From assembly GCA_002633005.1 (NCBI GenBank), contig NMRA01000206.1:595203-659202 (forward strand): a DNA stretch of 64,000 nt, given 5' to 3'. Under the pieces are notes generated by a model, which was not told the origin of the DNA, made no database searches, and worked only from the letters and a program-made list of their open reading frames with translations. Shown piece after piece: positions 24,095 to 36,200 of the stretch. The translations under genes were made by a program, and so were the position numbers. This stretch comes from Phoronis australis. Lineage: Eukaryota; Animalia; Phoronida. How positions within the stretch are numbered: the stretch's first letter is position 1; every line of letters begins with the position of its first letter.

Positions 24095-24223
24095 CTCTGG
24101 TGACTTTTTGTCAAGGCACGGTTCTCTCCACTTGGCTTGTATGAAGGTATCTGCATGGTATTGTTCTTTCAGCGTGTCTATTTCTCCTACTTTCAAAAAC
24201 ACAACTCGTATTTCGACTAGTAC
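24095..24223 (-). CDS. Cys-less pLGIC exon: beta1-beta2
   Basis: tttgcag|GTA ... GAG|gtaagt. 43 aa VLVEIRVVFLKVGEIDTLKEQYHADTFIQAKWREPCLDKKSPE, with I-D-x-x-x-E/Q and W-x-E/D-P-x-L motifs. Not in the ORF track. Confidence 0.93.
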
Positions 24224-25104
24224 CTGCAAAAGAGGTTATTACGGGTTCAGACAGACTTAACAAATTAACTAACATTCAACAGATTTATCGAAATAGATAA
24301 TGATTTCGTTTTCAAAAGGTGAAAGTTTGTCACGAATATTATATCCTTATATTCAACGTGTTACGTTCAGAGCCTTTTAGGCTCGTTAAATGCAGCCACG
24401 ATATTCCGAAATGCCACAGCGCCCTCTCTGATTCTGGGAGAATTTACCAGCAAAACAGTGCGTCAATAGTAAGAACGTTTGTGTGGTGCTAATTATCCTT
24501 TTATAGAAATATTGTTTCGGCGCACCTCATTCTAAGTCTAGTAAAGTTTTACTGTTACACGATGAGCTGCAACGATGGGACCAAAAATAACAAACAGGTT
24601 GTGGGCGCGACGTATCGTTCCTTTCTTGACCGAAACGTGTTGCAGCAATGCCTTCGCGAATGTAGGTTAATCATACAAAGCGTTTTTCTACCTCTACGTG
24701 GAGAGCTGAAATCGGGATGCGCATATTCTCCGCTTTAGTATTCCCCTGAAACAGCAACAGTGTTTCAGCATTGTCCTAGACTGTTGCGTTAAATTACGAG
24801 GACCATTTGTTAAGGTATAAATGCAAGGTGTAGCTGTTTGATCACAAATAAAATCCACAAAGATAAATCTGGCCCATACTTGAAATTGGGCAAACTATGC
24901 CTGCCTACAAGTTATCAATGAATTTCGGTCGTTTTAACCGGCGAGGATGTGGTCGTGGTGTTTTCACGAATATCAGAAAAGGAAATTCGCTGTTTGCCCA
25001 AGAGCAAAAAGTACATATGCAGAACCTATGCTTTCAAGAGGCTATAAGCCAGCGAACTAAATCTGCACCTGCCGGCCGTCAAGGAAGCTAACCTTCAAGT
25101 TAAT

Positions 25105-25171
25105 GTGACGGAGTGTGATCAATATCCGCTTCCTTCACCCGAGGTCGTGGGTTCGAGTCCCACTGGGTCAC
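25105..25171 (+). mobile_element. tRNA-derived SINE head (decayed)
   Basis: B-box GGTTCGAGTCCC near 25150-25161 in a T-arm-like hairpin (GTGGGTTCGAGTCCCAC). A-box is degenerate and there is no full cloverleaf. Confidence 0.5.
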
Positions 25172-25637
25172 ACTGTTAGACCCCTGTGCCCGGTTGCATG
25201 AAACAGTCCCAAATAGGGACTCAACTAAGGTCCTTAAATCTTTTTCGTATTTGTTTCGTTCTTCAAGCACAGATGTAATATTTTTCTATATTTTTATCTT
25301 TATTATGAGCTCTTCTTTGACTAATGACGATTTCTAATAATATAACTTAAAAACTGAGCCCTTAAGTCAATAAAAAGAGTTAGGCACGTTGTCCTTAAAT
25401 TGGGTGCGTTGCATGAAAAGATCCCTACTTATTTTCAATAATATTTAGAATTCTATCTAGATTTCACTCTCAATTTGTATGAAAGCCAAAAATTGACATA
25501 GTAATGATACTCAAACAGCACAAGATAGGACAATCAGTGTTTTCACAAGCCCGCAAATACGCAGTAGATTTAGGGACCATGTTCGCCGCATAAGGTCATG
25601 GCCCGCCGTGACAGATCATCTTATTGAGCCCGCCTCC

Positions 25638-25770
25638 CGTTCAGTAACGCTAGGACCTCGCTAAAAAGCAAGACTTCGAGAGATTACGTGAGATATTGCC
25701 GTGTATTTTAAATGAGAACACGTGACTTTGACTAGGTTTTAGCTAGGTCCTAGCGTCTACTGAACGCACG
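25638..25770 (-). mobile_element. MITE family 1, copy 4 (opposite orientation)
   Basis: CGTTCAGTAACGCTAGGACCT ... AGGTCCTAGCGTCTACTGAACG. The internal core reads as the reverse complement (gatattgccgtgtatttt). Confidence 0.8.
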
Positions 25771-26937
25771 CCTGGTCTCAAGCAATCTCGAACTAAGACT
25801 TCGATTCTTGCCAAGCCCAGAAATAAACTCTAATGAGACAGAAACAAGTGAACATCCGGGGATGGGTGGAGGTGTTTACAGAAAGTAAACACGCATCATC
25901 ATTGAATTAACATCACAGTGAACTGGTCTGCATAAAGAACAACTCTGGGGCAAAATTGCTTCATTGCCTTAAATAAATTGTACTCCAAGGGCAACGCAAT
26001 GAAACATGAGTCGAGCGGTACCGGGAATTCGTTTCCTAACATGTTTGCAGATACCAAATGGCGAGACCGTCTCGTCCACGAGTCGGCTCACCAAAACTGC
26101 CTCAACATGAGCCCGTCCAAAAAACTTTCGGCAACGAACAATTTTGAGGCAATAGGGCATCTTTCTTAACAAGAATGGAATTTTAAACATTACTTTTAAA
26201 GAGGCATCAAAACAGACAAGAAGTCGTTGTTTTACGACATCGACTAACTTATAAAACATTTGAATGTGAATTACAGATTGTTATTGGCGCATGAAAGCTG
26301 AAAATTCTACTTCATTACGCTAAGGTGTACACGTCTTCTTCTGCGACATTCTTTTAAAGCCTTTTACATGTAGCCAGAGAACTCCGCATTTTTAGAAAAA
26401 GGCTGACGTCTTGATTTTTGACAGCCGAGCTCTCGGGCTAAATTCCTGTTATAAAAAGAAAATCGAAGTTTTATGGCTAATAATAAAATAATGGCAGAGA
26501 ATTTTCAAGTTTCGTGCAAAAAAGTCGTGTATGTGGAAATGTCGACGATCTCCATTAAAAATCTCTTTCATTAAAAAAACGCAACCATCTGGGAATTGTT
26601 TTAATGCACACGCTGTAATGTAGTTCTGTGATCATCAAAGATTTTTAACATATATATATATATATAAACTTAAGGTTAAAAAATAGGGAATATGCCTTTA
26701 ATTGATGTTGTGAACATGTCACTTATATTAATACATCGGAGGGCAGTCAAATAATTCACTACAAGACCTTCCCTAACATGGACTCAAATGGAAATTTGGT
26801 TTTGCGAAAAAATTGTGGCAGTAGCATTAGCACAACTTGCAAGAAAGCAGTTGCGTAGATCACGATTGCAAACCGGCATCTTTACTAAAACAAGCTTTTC
26901 AAAGGTATGATATCTTTCTACATATTTGACTTTCGTA

Positions 26938-27043
26938 TTGCTTGATTTGCTCATCTACAAAGCCTGTTGCCGTAGAAGAGCGACGGATCATTGCTTGATT
27001 TGCTCACCTACAAAATCGGTTGTCGTAGAAGAGCGACGGATCA
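26938..27043. repeat. Tandem duplication, 2 x 53 bp
   Basis: ttgcttgatttgctca(t/c)ctacaaa...gtagaagagcgacggatca starts at 26938 and again at 26991. Confidence 0.9.
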
Positions 27044-27677
27044 ATGCGGCAGCTCTCTGGGAAACCCCGGCCCAGGTAAACTCCTAAAAAATCTCGGTTG
27101 TCGGATAAAGTTAGGATGAAGGGAAGTTATACCCATTGAACCGCACAGTTATCCAAAGCTTAATGCTTTTGATGCCCGCGTGCGGTGACATGTGGAGATA
27201 ACTCTAACCAGATATCAATAAGCTAATAGGAGTTGGTGTTGTCTTAGGAAGTAAATGAACATATTTATTTTGGGGCTAGTTTGTTTCCTTTAGCGCACCC
27301 TGCTGGCAAGAAGTCATTCTACAAGACAACCAGTGGCGAACGGGACTACATATGCGTGTATTTCAAGAAGCGTGCACCGAATAATTGTTTGTCTATCGTT
27401 AACTAATATTCATTGATTGGATATTAATCCCGCTGAGCTGAGGTCATCAATGCTACGCATACCGCTTAGTGTTTTGATTACGGTAGATTATGTTTTTAGT
27501 GCCTGGCTTGAACCCGAACATTGGCATCTTCATGTATTGTGCTTTTTGTTAACTTAGCGCGACTTACCGCGTCGTGTCTTAAACTGAATTACAACAAACT
27601 CCATGGAAAAAACAGATTTTAGAAAAATGAAACGGTCAGGTGGACGTAACTAGGCCGCAGTCTTGTCAAATTATTAT

Positions 27678-28405
27678 AAATACATACACAAAACGTACCG
27701 AGAGTGGCGTACATGAAGTAATATCCCACTCGACATTATTCCGGTCTCGGTCGAGTGGGATATTACTTCATGAACGCTCATCGAGGTACATTTTGTATTT
27801 ATCCCATACGCTTCAAATTCCTAACTTAATTTGACTTTTCCGAAGATTTTTTAAATACTTCACTCTGACTGTTCACGTGGCGGGTCACATCCTATATGTA
27901 TGTACTTGCGCGTTAGGCTGCAATTTTTCTCTAGTAAAAGAGACAGTTCTAAATGTGACGATTTATCACTTGAAAAGAGATAACAAAGATGAAAATAAGT
28001 CAACTTTTCATTGAACTTGAAACATCTCCTGAAAATAGTCAGAAACAACAATATTTGATATTGTAGTTACCGAGGAATCGGCGCCTGAGTTGCAGACGAT
28101 AAAATATTTAGCGAATGAAAACTGAGACAGAACTGTCATGTAATTAACAGTCCTGTTCCAGATGTCACGATTGAGACCTGATTGTCTGTTGAGCGTTCTT
28201 TACACTGCTATAATTGTTTTACTTTAAACTCTTTTCCGAAAGTTTGGTGATCGAACCGGCTAATCGGACGTCCAGTCGACATGGACCTACCATTTAAACT
28301 TTCCATTTCAGGGGTCACTGATGAAATAGTGCGGGAGGTGAATACGGAAAACGTTATTACGTGGCCATATTTCAATCGACAGATTGAAAGCGTATGGGAT
28401 AAATA
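27678..28405. mobile_element. Palindrome-headed non-autonomous DNA element (Crypton-like architecture, tentative)
   Basis: Head hairpin with perfect 23-bp arms (27712-27734 / 27750-27772), then an 18-bp motif TATTTATCCCATACGCTT (27796-27813) whose perfect inverse closes the element at 28388-28405. Confidence 0.7.
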
Positions 28406-28970
28406 AGTTTTATGGGTTGAATTAGTATAGTTGAAATTGCTCATTGAAAAGGGTACTTCACGATGGCCGGAACAGGGCCTTCGTACACATGTAAATGTTG
28501 TAGACTACATGTAGTTAGTTAGTTTCGGCCTACCGTTGGTCCTGACAGGCCTGTGAACAACAGTTACAACGAACTGGTTAGACTACTCGTAATTAGTGAG
28601 TAGAAGGCTTGTTTTTCACTAAGTCGCTCTTCCGCTCTTGATTTCACTCACCAACATTTAAAAGCGNTTGGAGTATGTTAAATATACGAGACGTCTTGTT
28701 CTCCAGTGGCCACTCCAATGAACGATAAGGTCACTCGGTGTATTTAGAGCCGGTGAACATAAAAAAGCATGCTTTTGCAACCTTAACCGGCGTAACTTGA
28801 GTCATATGCAGCTAATAAACGTGAGCTGCGACTATCAATCTCACTGTTCACAAATAGATAGGTTTCGCAAAGCGACGTGAACGTGAATTATCACGTATAT
28901 TTAATTGCACGTGCAGTCACGTTACAGTAAAAATGGGTTGTTTGAATGTTTGTTAAAAAATATCCAATAC

Positions 28971-29831
28971 ATATAGATTATTACATGGCGAAGTCGTTAT
29001 CCCCCGTTATCTAGAGCCCGAGTGGATTTTGGAGAATTATTGCCCGAGGGGCGTTAGCCCCGAGGGTGATAATTCTACAAAATCTACGAGGGCTCGAAAT
29101 AAGTGGGATAACGACTGAGAACATGTAATAATCTATTTATACCACATACTAAACGAGAAACATTGCAATGAATCGATCTACTTTTCTCGACTCGCCTCGG
29201 CTTTGTAACAACTTTCTATGTCAGAGGCCCGGGGTCGGAGGTCGTGACCTTTTAAGAAAAGCCGAGCTATTTTTGTCAAGTAATACTTATACTCAAAACC
29301 AATTGGAAATTTAAACAAAATAGAAATGAAGTGAATCTCTTAATTAAGGTTAAGCAACTATTATAACGTAAAACACGTTTTTACACGCTAAGCTTCGACC
29401 GGGAAATTATCGTCTGCTAAAGTAGGTTACCACTGGTTACTGAATATAATTCTCAAGTCAAAGATCCTGACGACACGATACCTGCATTCAAACTGGAGAT
29501 CGGTGATTTACAAGTAAGAGGACATGAGAGAAAAAATTCACTGACTTAAGATATCATTTTTATGGAAATTATGTGTCTTATTTTTTGGAACGTATAAGTA
29601 CAGTACAATGCGGTTTGTTGAGCGTGCGATTATTGCGCGTGCTCATTTAAGTATTCTATTTTCACACTTGTGACGTCAGTCGCTGCGTGGTGTAGTGGTT
29701 AAAGTCGACGACCAGCAATATTAGGGTCCCGGGTTCGACCCCGTCCTCGGTTTCGCGCCAAATCGTTATCTCACTAGTGAGATAACTTTATGGGTTGTAT
29801 CTGGCATTTGACGCTAATATTGTGGTATAAA
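28971..29831 (+). mobile_element. Palindrome-headed element family 2, copy A, with internal tRNA-like module
   Basis: ~165-bp head hairpin centred on CCCGAGGGGCGTTAGCCCCGAGGG. TTTATACCACA (29136-29146) has its inverse at 29821-29831. Aligns to 30045-30612 and, inverted, to 41212-41979. Confidence 0.85.
29679..29760 (+). pseudogene. tRNA-like/SINE-head sequence inside family 2 element
   Basis: A-box TGGTGTAGTGG (29688-29698) and B-box GGTTCGACCCC (29732-29742) at tRNA spacing. Acceptor stem does not pair well. Confidence 0.6.
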
Positions 29832-30044
29832 ATAAATATACACTAGACCCAGAAAGCGCCAAGAGGCATTGTATCTGGGCTAAATAAATACGAAAAATCT
29901 ATGTACAATTATAAACAAATACATAAATTAGTAAAAAACTGATTTTAAGATTACAACGACATTTGATTGCGAACATAAATAAATAATTTTCACACACAAA
30001 ACGATTTTATCGACTCACACAAAGAGATTTAATATCAAAACGAA

Positions 30045-30612
30045 ATATAGATTATTACATGTTTTCAGTTGTTATCCCCTGTATTCTAGAGCCCTCGTGG
30101 ATTTTGGGGAGAAACATTGCAATGAATCGATCTACCTTCTCGACTCGCCTTGGCTTTGTAACTACTTTCTACAGTTGTATGTCACAGGACCGGGGTCGGA
30201 GGTAGTGATCTTTTAGAAAAGCCGAGCTACTTTTGTCAAATAATGCTTTTACTCAAAACCAATTGAAAATTTAAACAAAATGGAAAGAAAGTGAATCTAT
30301 GAATTAAGGTTTAGCAACTATTGTAGCTTACAATACATTTTATCACGCTAAGCTTCAACAGAGAAAATATAGTCTGCTAAAGTAGGTTACCACTAGTAAC
30401 TGACTATAATGCTCAAGTCAAAGGATCCCGACGACACGATACCCGCGTTCAACTTGGAGATCGGTGATTTACAAGTGAGAAAAAATGAGAGACAAATTTC
30501 ACTGAATTAAAATGTCGTTTTGATGGAAATTATGCGTCTTCTTTTTCATAGCGTATAAATGTCGGTGCAATGCTCTTTGTTGAACATGCGATTGTTGCGC
30601 GCGCACAAAAAA
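30045..30612 (+). mobile_element. Family 2, copy B (partial)
   Basis: Collinear with about 29090-29640 and with the reverse complement of 41410-41910. Lacks the tRNA-like end. Confidence 0.85.
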
Positions 30613-31439
30613 CAACCTATTTTTATCAATTTAGATAGAGTAGTTCTACTTGATACGGCACGTTCGGTTGCGTTACCTGACACCTGACGGCAGACGGAGG
30701 TGTTGAAATTATCCAATGACGTCATTGGTTTCACACGCATTCTGTTCAGCAGTTCACAACACAGGTTACTGGTGTCAGCTTATCGCTTGAATTCATCGTT
30801 TAACACCAATAAATCATCAAAGTTTGATGTAAAACCCTTAAAAATACACCGAGTTCTTATAAAAACGTGTTGTTTTATTTCGCTGTTGCGGATTTTTTGG
30901 TATTTGGACACACCGTAGCCTACAAAGTTCGGCAAGCCAATTTACCAAGGTCCGTAACAGGAGTTTGGGGTCTGTTCGGAGATAAATCCAAAGTATTCTT
31001 CCGTGAAATACTGACTGGAGAACTTAGATCTGTGTTGTTTAGATTCCCTTAACATGTGACTATAGCATATAAAATCGAGTAATTGTTTCACAACAGCTTT
31101 CTGTCAGCAAACACTGAATTAGCATGCGCTCACAGGGCCTCAGTGCCCGGTCAATTACATTTATTTCCGGCATCAAAAGCCGGTAACGCAGTGGTTTGTT
31201 CATTGCTGGCTTCTCAACATTTGCACCCACGAATGCTGAAAAGGCATTACAAAATGTATCTAATGAGACAGACTTTGTTTCAGTTTTACATAAGAATTGG
31301 TTAGGATGAGAATAATTCATTTTGAAACAGAACGTGTAATAATAAACGTCTACATGGCAACTCGCCCGGCGCCAATCCCGACTTAGTCAAGAGGTCATCC
31401 GACGAAGACATCACGGGTCGGATCAGTTCGAACCCGAAT

Positions 31440-33215
31440 ACACTGTGTATTGCTATCATAATACCAAGTTTCCAGTCCAAAGGAAATTTTCCAGATTGTA
31501 GTATTTTGTTGTATAATGTTGTCAGAGGAACTTTTTAAAGCTCCTTGTTATTGTCTTGGTAATTTTGTTGGTTATGAGATTGGTACCGTCGTTTTTGTTT
31601 TCGTCCATGTTTTCTAGTAGTTTTCTGACTTCAGGTGGTTGGGCTTGTATGACAGAGAGATGCTCTAATGTTCTGTCTGGGAATTCGGGAAAGTTTGTTG
31701 TTGGTGCAAATGTGACAGTATGCGGTGAGGTATTCTAGAAATAGCTTTAGATGATTCCTGGGGTGAGGTATTCTATAAATAGCTTTGGATGTCTCCTGCG
31801 GTGAGGTATTCTATAAATAGCTTTGGATGACTCCTGCGGTAAGGTATTCTAGAAATAGCTTAGGATGACTCCTGCGGTGAGGTATTCTATAAATAGCTTT
31901 GGATGTCTCCTGCGGTGAGGTATTCTATGAATAGATTTGGATGACTCCTGCGGTGAGGTATTCTATAAATAGCTTTGGATGACTCCTGAGTGTTGGCTTC
32001 CATTGAGTGAGTACCTGTCCTCGAATTTTGTTTACTAAATCCCAATACTTTGGAGAAATTGTTGATGTTGGAGATAATTTTCATCCTACAGTCATGTTTT
32101 GTTTTTTTAATTAGTTCTTCCACACAGTTGCACTGTTCTTTGTAACACTTAAACCCGCACATGTTATTTGATTTTTTTCTGAACGATCTGTTCAGCTTAT
32201 TTCTTTTATTTATTTCAAGCTTAATTTTGTTGTTAATCCACGATTTGTATTTGTTTTTTATTGTTTTCATGGTTGATGGGATATTGTTATCTAGTATGTT
32301 GTAGAGTGACTGTGTGAATATTGAGACTATGTCATTTATGTCACCTTTATTTAGTATTTCAGTCCAGTTAAATGTGGTTATGTCGGTGCGCAGTTCGTCC
32401 ATGTTAATGAGGTTGTAATTCCAAATCTTTTTGATAACGTTGGGTTTCTTAGGAGCGCAGTTGAGTGTGAATGTTGTTTTTATAACGCGATGGTCTGAGT
32501 TACCAATGGGAAGTCTAACAGAAGTGGATTCAATTAATCCGAGATTGTTTGCAATACATAGATCAAGGCAAGAATGTGAATACTCTGTTAAGCGCGTCGG
32601 CTCATTTATTAGTTGTATGTAGTGATTTGAGAGGAGAACATAGAATAATTCGAGACCGGCTTGGTTGTCATTGTCATCTGAGTACCAAGAACTATTTCTT
32701 GCATCGAAATCCCCATTGACAACAACTGTTTTATTAGTTTGTAAGGATTCTTGCAATTGTTCCGAAAAGGTCTTGAAAATATGCTTTCCTTCTTGGGATG
32801 TCTACGAGGGTGAGCGATAGAAAAAACATAACGTATTTTCTTGTGGTTGGCATAAAGTTCAATCCAACAGTTATTTAATTATTGTATAATGTTATTATCA
32901 ATAGTTTTGTAGTTTACGGAGTTGTGGACAAACAAGACCAACCCTCTTCCAGTGATAGTGTGATAGACAATGTTGTATCCTGGAGTGAGCCGAGGTTGTC
33001 TTCTGACAGAGTTCCAGATTCACGTATGGCTATGACCGTGTAATTGCTGTCTTCAGTAAATTGTTTGTTCAAATCTTGAAAGATTGTTCGCCTTGATACT
33101 GTTGATGTTAGTGAATGAGACCTTGAAGCTGGCTAAAGCCTGAGTGTCTGGTCTTGGATTGGCCTTTTATGTCACCAGGAGTCTGAAGGCACAGCTCAAT
33201 CACAACTCTGATATC
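31440..33215 (-). mobile_element. Decayed CR1/L2-group LINE: APE endonuclease, linker and start of RT; 3' part missing
   Basis: Across frameshifts: FTNINSIK, GDFDAR, NEPTR, CLDL, SDH (APE motifs), then PPEVRKLLENMDENK and PLTTLYNKILQSGKFPLDWK (pre-RT). Ends near 31440 before YADD. The 5' region may extend to about 33780. Confidence 0.88.
31721..31988. repeat. Minisatellite, 7 x 38 bp, inside the LINE
   Basis: Unit TGCGGTGAGGTATTCTATAAATAGCTTTGGATGACTCC at 31721, 31759, 31797, 31835, 31873, 31911 and 31949. Head-to-tail with no spacers. Confidence 0.97.
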
Positions 33216-36200
33216 ACTACGCGAGTTCTTCGTTCTGAAGTAAACATTACGCAAGTGCCCAGTTCGGGGTCGTTTTCGTCGCAGAAAAGTTAGGTCGAGC
33301 GTAATAGGCGAAAAGCAGAGAAGTATTTTTGTTCTACAGACACCGGACAATTGTAATTATTATCTGTGTACTTAGAAAATGACAAATTCATACAGTTCAA
33401 ACTTAACATGACAAAAAGAAATAAATACGAATAGAATAAAAGTATTGAAGTAAGGACAAAAGTAACGAACACATGAGTGTAAACATTAGTGTAGGCATGA
33501 ACATTCCTACCACTACAAATGTAATTACATTTAACTGGGCTAAGTCTCGCAAATAGAATGAGTGACATTAAAACGTCCAGTGGATAGGCGTACTACGGAT
33601 GTGGAACTATACAACTAGATGAGAGTAAACGGGGTAGACAATTGGTACATATGTAGAACATGAATACTGTACTTTGGGATGGAAAGATATTGCCAATTAC
33701 ATTGTCCCGTTACACCTCACGCCGCCCCAGACAAATACAGAGTTCTAAGTCAATACATGATACTCGGTTCGCCATTTTAGCTTTAATGTCAGTGGTGATA
33801 TAATTGAAACAACTTAAAGAAACGATGTTGACTCATGGACTGACTTAGACGTGATACGATGACTAGATCAGTACACGAAATTGAATCATTTGAGGTAACA
33901 TACATGTATTTGGGTGATACAACTGTTGTTGGCAAGTTCAATGTAGTTTCAAAGTCAACTAAAGACACAAGTGAGACGCAAAACATGTTCCTTTAAAATA
34001 TGCGTTACTGAGGTAAAAGATGTTCTGATTCAAAGTTTCACTCATTGTCGTCTCATTGTTATCAAGTGGCCACACATGTAACTGATTACCCAGAAGTGCG
34101 TTTAAAGTACTTTTACACTCGCATAATCAAAATTCAAGCGAGTTGTACTTTTGCTGCGCCGAGTTAAACCGTGGACCAAAATTGCCCTGGCAAGATCAAA
34201 ATCAAAATTTATCGCATGAACTCGTGTTGGCTTTCTTTGAGCGCATAATTATGATCTTGGTTCACAGGTGATAGCTTTTTATTCACAGAATTACTTGTAA
34301 TCATATGTCGATACGTTCTCACTTCTACTAAACTCTAAATCTGTACTTGCCGAGAAGTTAATATGAACCAAGAGAGTATGCACTGGCCTTTAGGTAACCA
34401 CTCTGCATCAATTACTGGAAAGTCGTATTCGGGCTAAATTACGAGTCAGCAAATAATAGCGTGATAGTAAAGTAATAGTCGCTGTGACGGCGCAACTAAG
34501 TTATTTAACCCTTTCACGCAGCTGTGCGAAACCTCTCTAGTAACGCTGAGTTGTACTTATATTTATAAATGCTCCTAAAAGGCTAGTATACAGTGACGCT
34601 GTTAACAGAGATTCAATTAACATTTGTCTTCCAAATACAAAAAATAAGCAAAATAAGTGACAGCTTAGAAATACGCTGCAGGTCGTAGCTTTATGCAGTA
34701 AAAAATAGTAGGACCAAATAGCCTAGTTTTCAAGTAGTTCCCCAGACTCCAATGCTAATGAAGACTGCATGCGAGACGCTCTCCTTTTGTTTGAAATTGT
34801 TTTTAGTTCTTCCCATGGGGTGTCGCGTTATAAATGAATACGCGTTTCAAGCCGAGATCAGCAAGATTGTCCACTTTTTGGGTCTAAATCACCCGATAGC
34901 CCAAGTCTATTAGGAATTCTTTTGAATTAACTTAGGCAAAAACAGGCAATTATATTGTGCGGTCGACGTTACTTCAAAAACTTGAAAATTGCCCCAAAAC
35001 AAAAACGCGCAATATCTAACTAACACAAGTCTTCCATGTTTAAATTCATGATCACCGTAACGCGCCCTTTTTAACATCGGGCTGTGATAATTACCTCGAG
35101 TGTTCCATTGCGGGGAAACGAGGATATAAGCATTTTTCCCCTGCAAAACATTTCTGTCGTTCTATTTTCAACTAATTCAAGATTGGCAATCTGCGAAGAC
35201 ATGTATTTTTCCTCTCGACAAATCAAGATTACTTCATAGGAACGAGCCAACGGTCAGCCACTTGTATCGCCTGTGCTGTTTAGTGTTCCGAGTGTCATTA
35301 ATGACTTTGTTAGCATGTTTCCTACGAACGCATGAAGGCAATTTGTAACTGTACAAAAAGCCATTATTCTATTAAGCATGATAGCTTGCCATGCCCGTAA
35401 CATATGCCTATTATCCTAAACCATTAATCTGAAGGGTTATATTGTATAAATTAAGATGGAAAAGTCAGATGGTATTGCGACCACGTGTTTTCCTAATATG
35501 GTGATTATTAGTTTGATGTAGATTTCCGTGACATCATCAGCAAATGTCTTCATGAACGCCTGGAGGGAAACTCAGTAAACAATGTCAAATATAGGAATGA
35601 AATATGGCTGCTGCGAAATATAAAGTACTTTTCACTTATTTTTGAATTCTGAAATGTTTTGCTATCAAAATTCAATGTCTCAGCAGAGGTGTTGTAATTG
35701 CCTAATGGCGGATGGTCCATTTTGTAAAAAAGGCGGACGTTTGTTACTATGAAAACCAAGAGTTCCGAGCTATCCTCCCTTTGAGTATTTTCCTCGTGGC
35801 CAAATTTGACGAAAACCCGTCAAAAAGTGGAATACATTTGCAGAGCCTTTTCCACAAAAAACATTGTATCCATGCTGAATATCCAGCCATGACTGACTAG
35901 CAGTTTTCGTTGACTTTCCTACAGTAGAACGTAAAGTTGGTACAGGGTCCGAGTTTGGCAAATATGGTGTCTAAAATTCAAGTTAAACTGAGTAATTGGA
36001 ATGATATACATGGAAACTAATCATGATCTTTGACCGAGTTGCAGACTACTTTCTTTGGTAATAATTGTGGAAATGTTGAAAGTTGACCAACTCCTGTGTT
36101 TCTCCATTCTAGATTAGTTTTGGATTACTTGGAATAGAAACGAGGGACAATTTTACGAGTTTCCACAAAGTTTTGAACTTTTTACAACAAAAATGTCTAC

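Noticed and set aside
27568-27604. ATG...G|GTAAGT mini-exon (MEFVVIQFKTRR) as the first pLGIC exon
   Set aside because: The donor is phase 1 while the next exon needs phase 0, and the phase-0 frame has a stop.
29679-29760. Functional tRNA gene
   Set aside because: Acceptor and anticodon stems pair poorly and the sequence is part of a multi-copy element.
31721-31988. 38-bp repeat array as a CRISPR array
   Set aside because: Units are head-to-tail with no unique spacers, there are no cas genes, and the context is a eukaryotic LINE.
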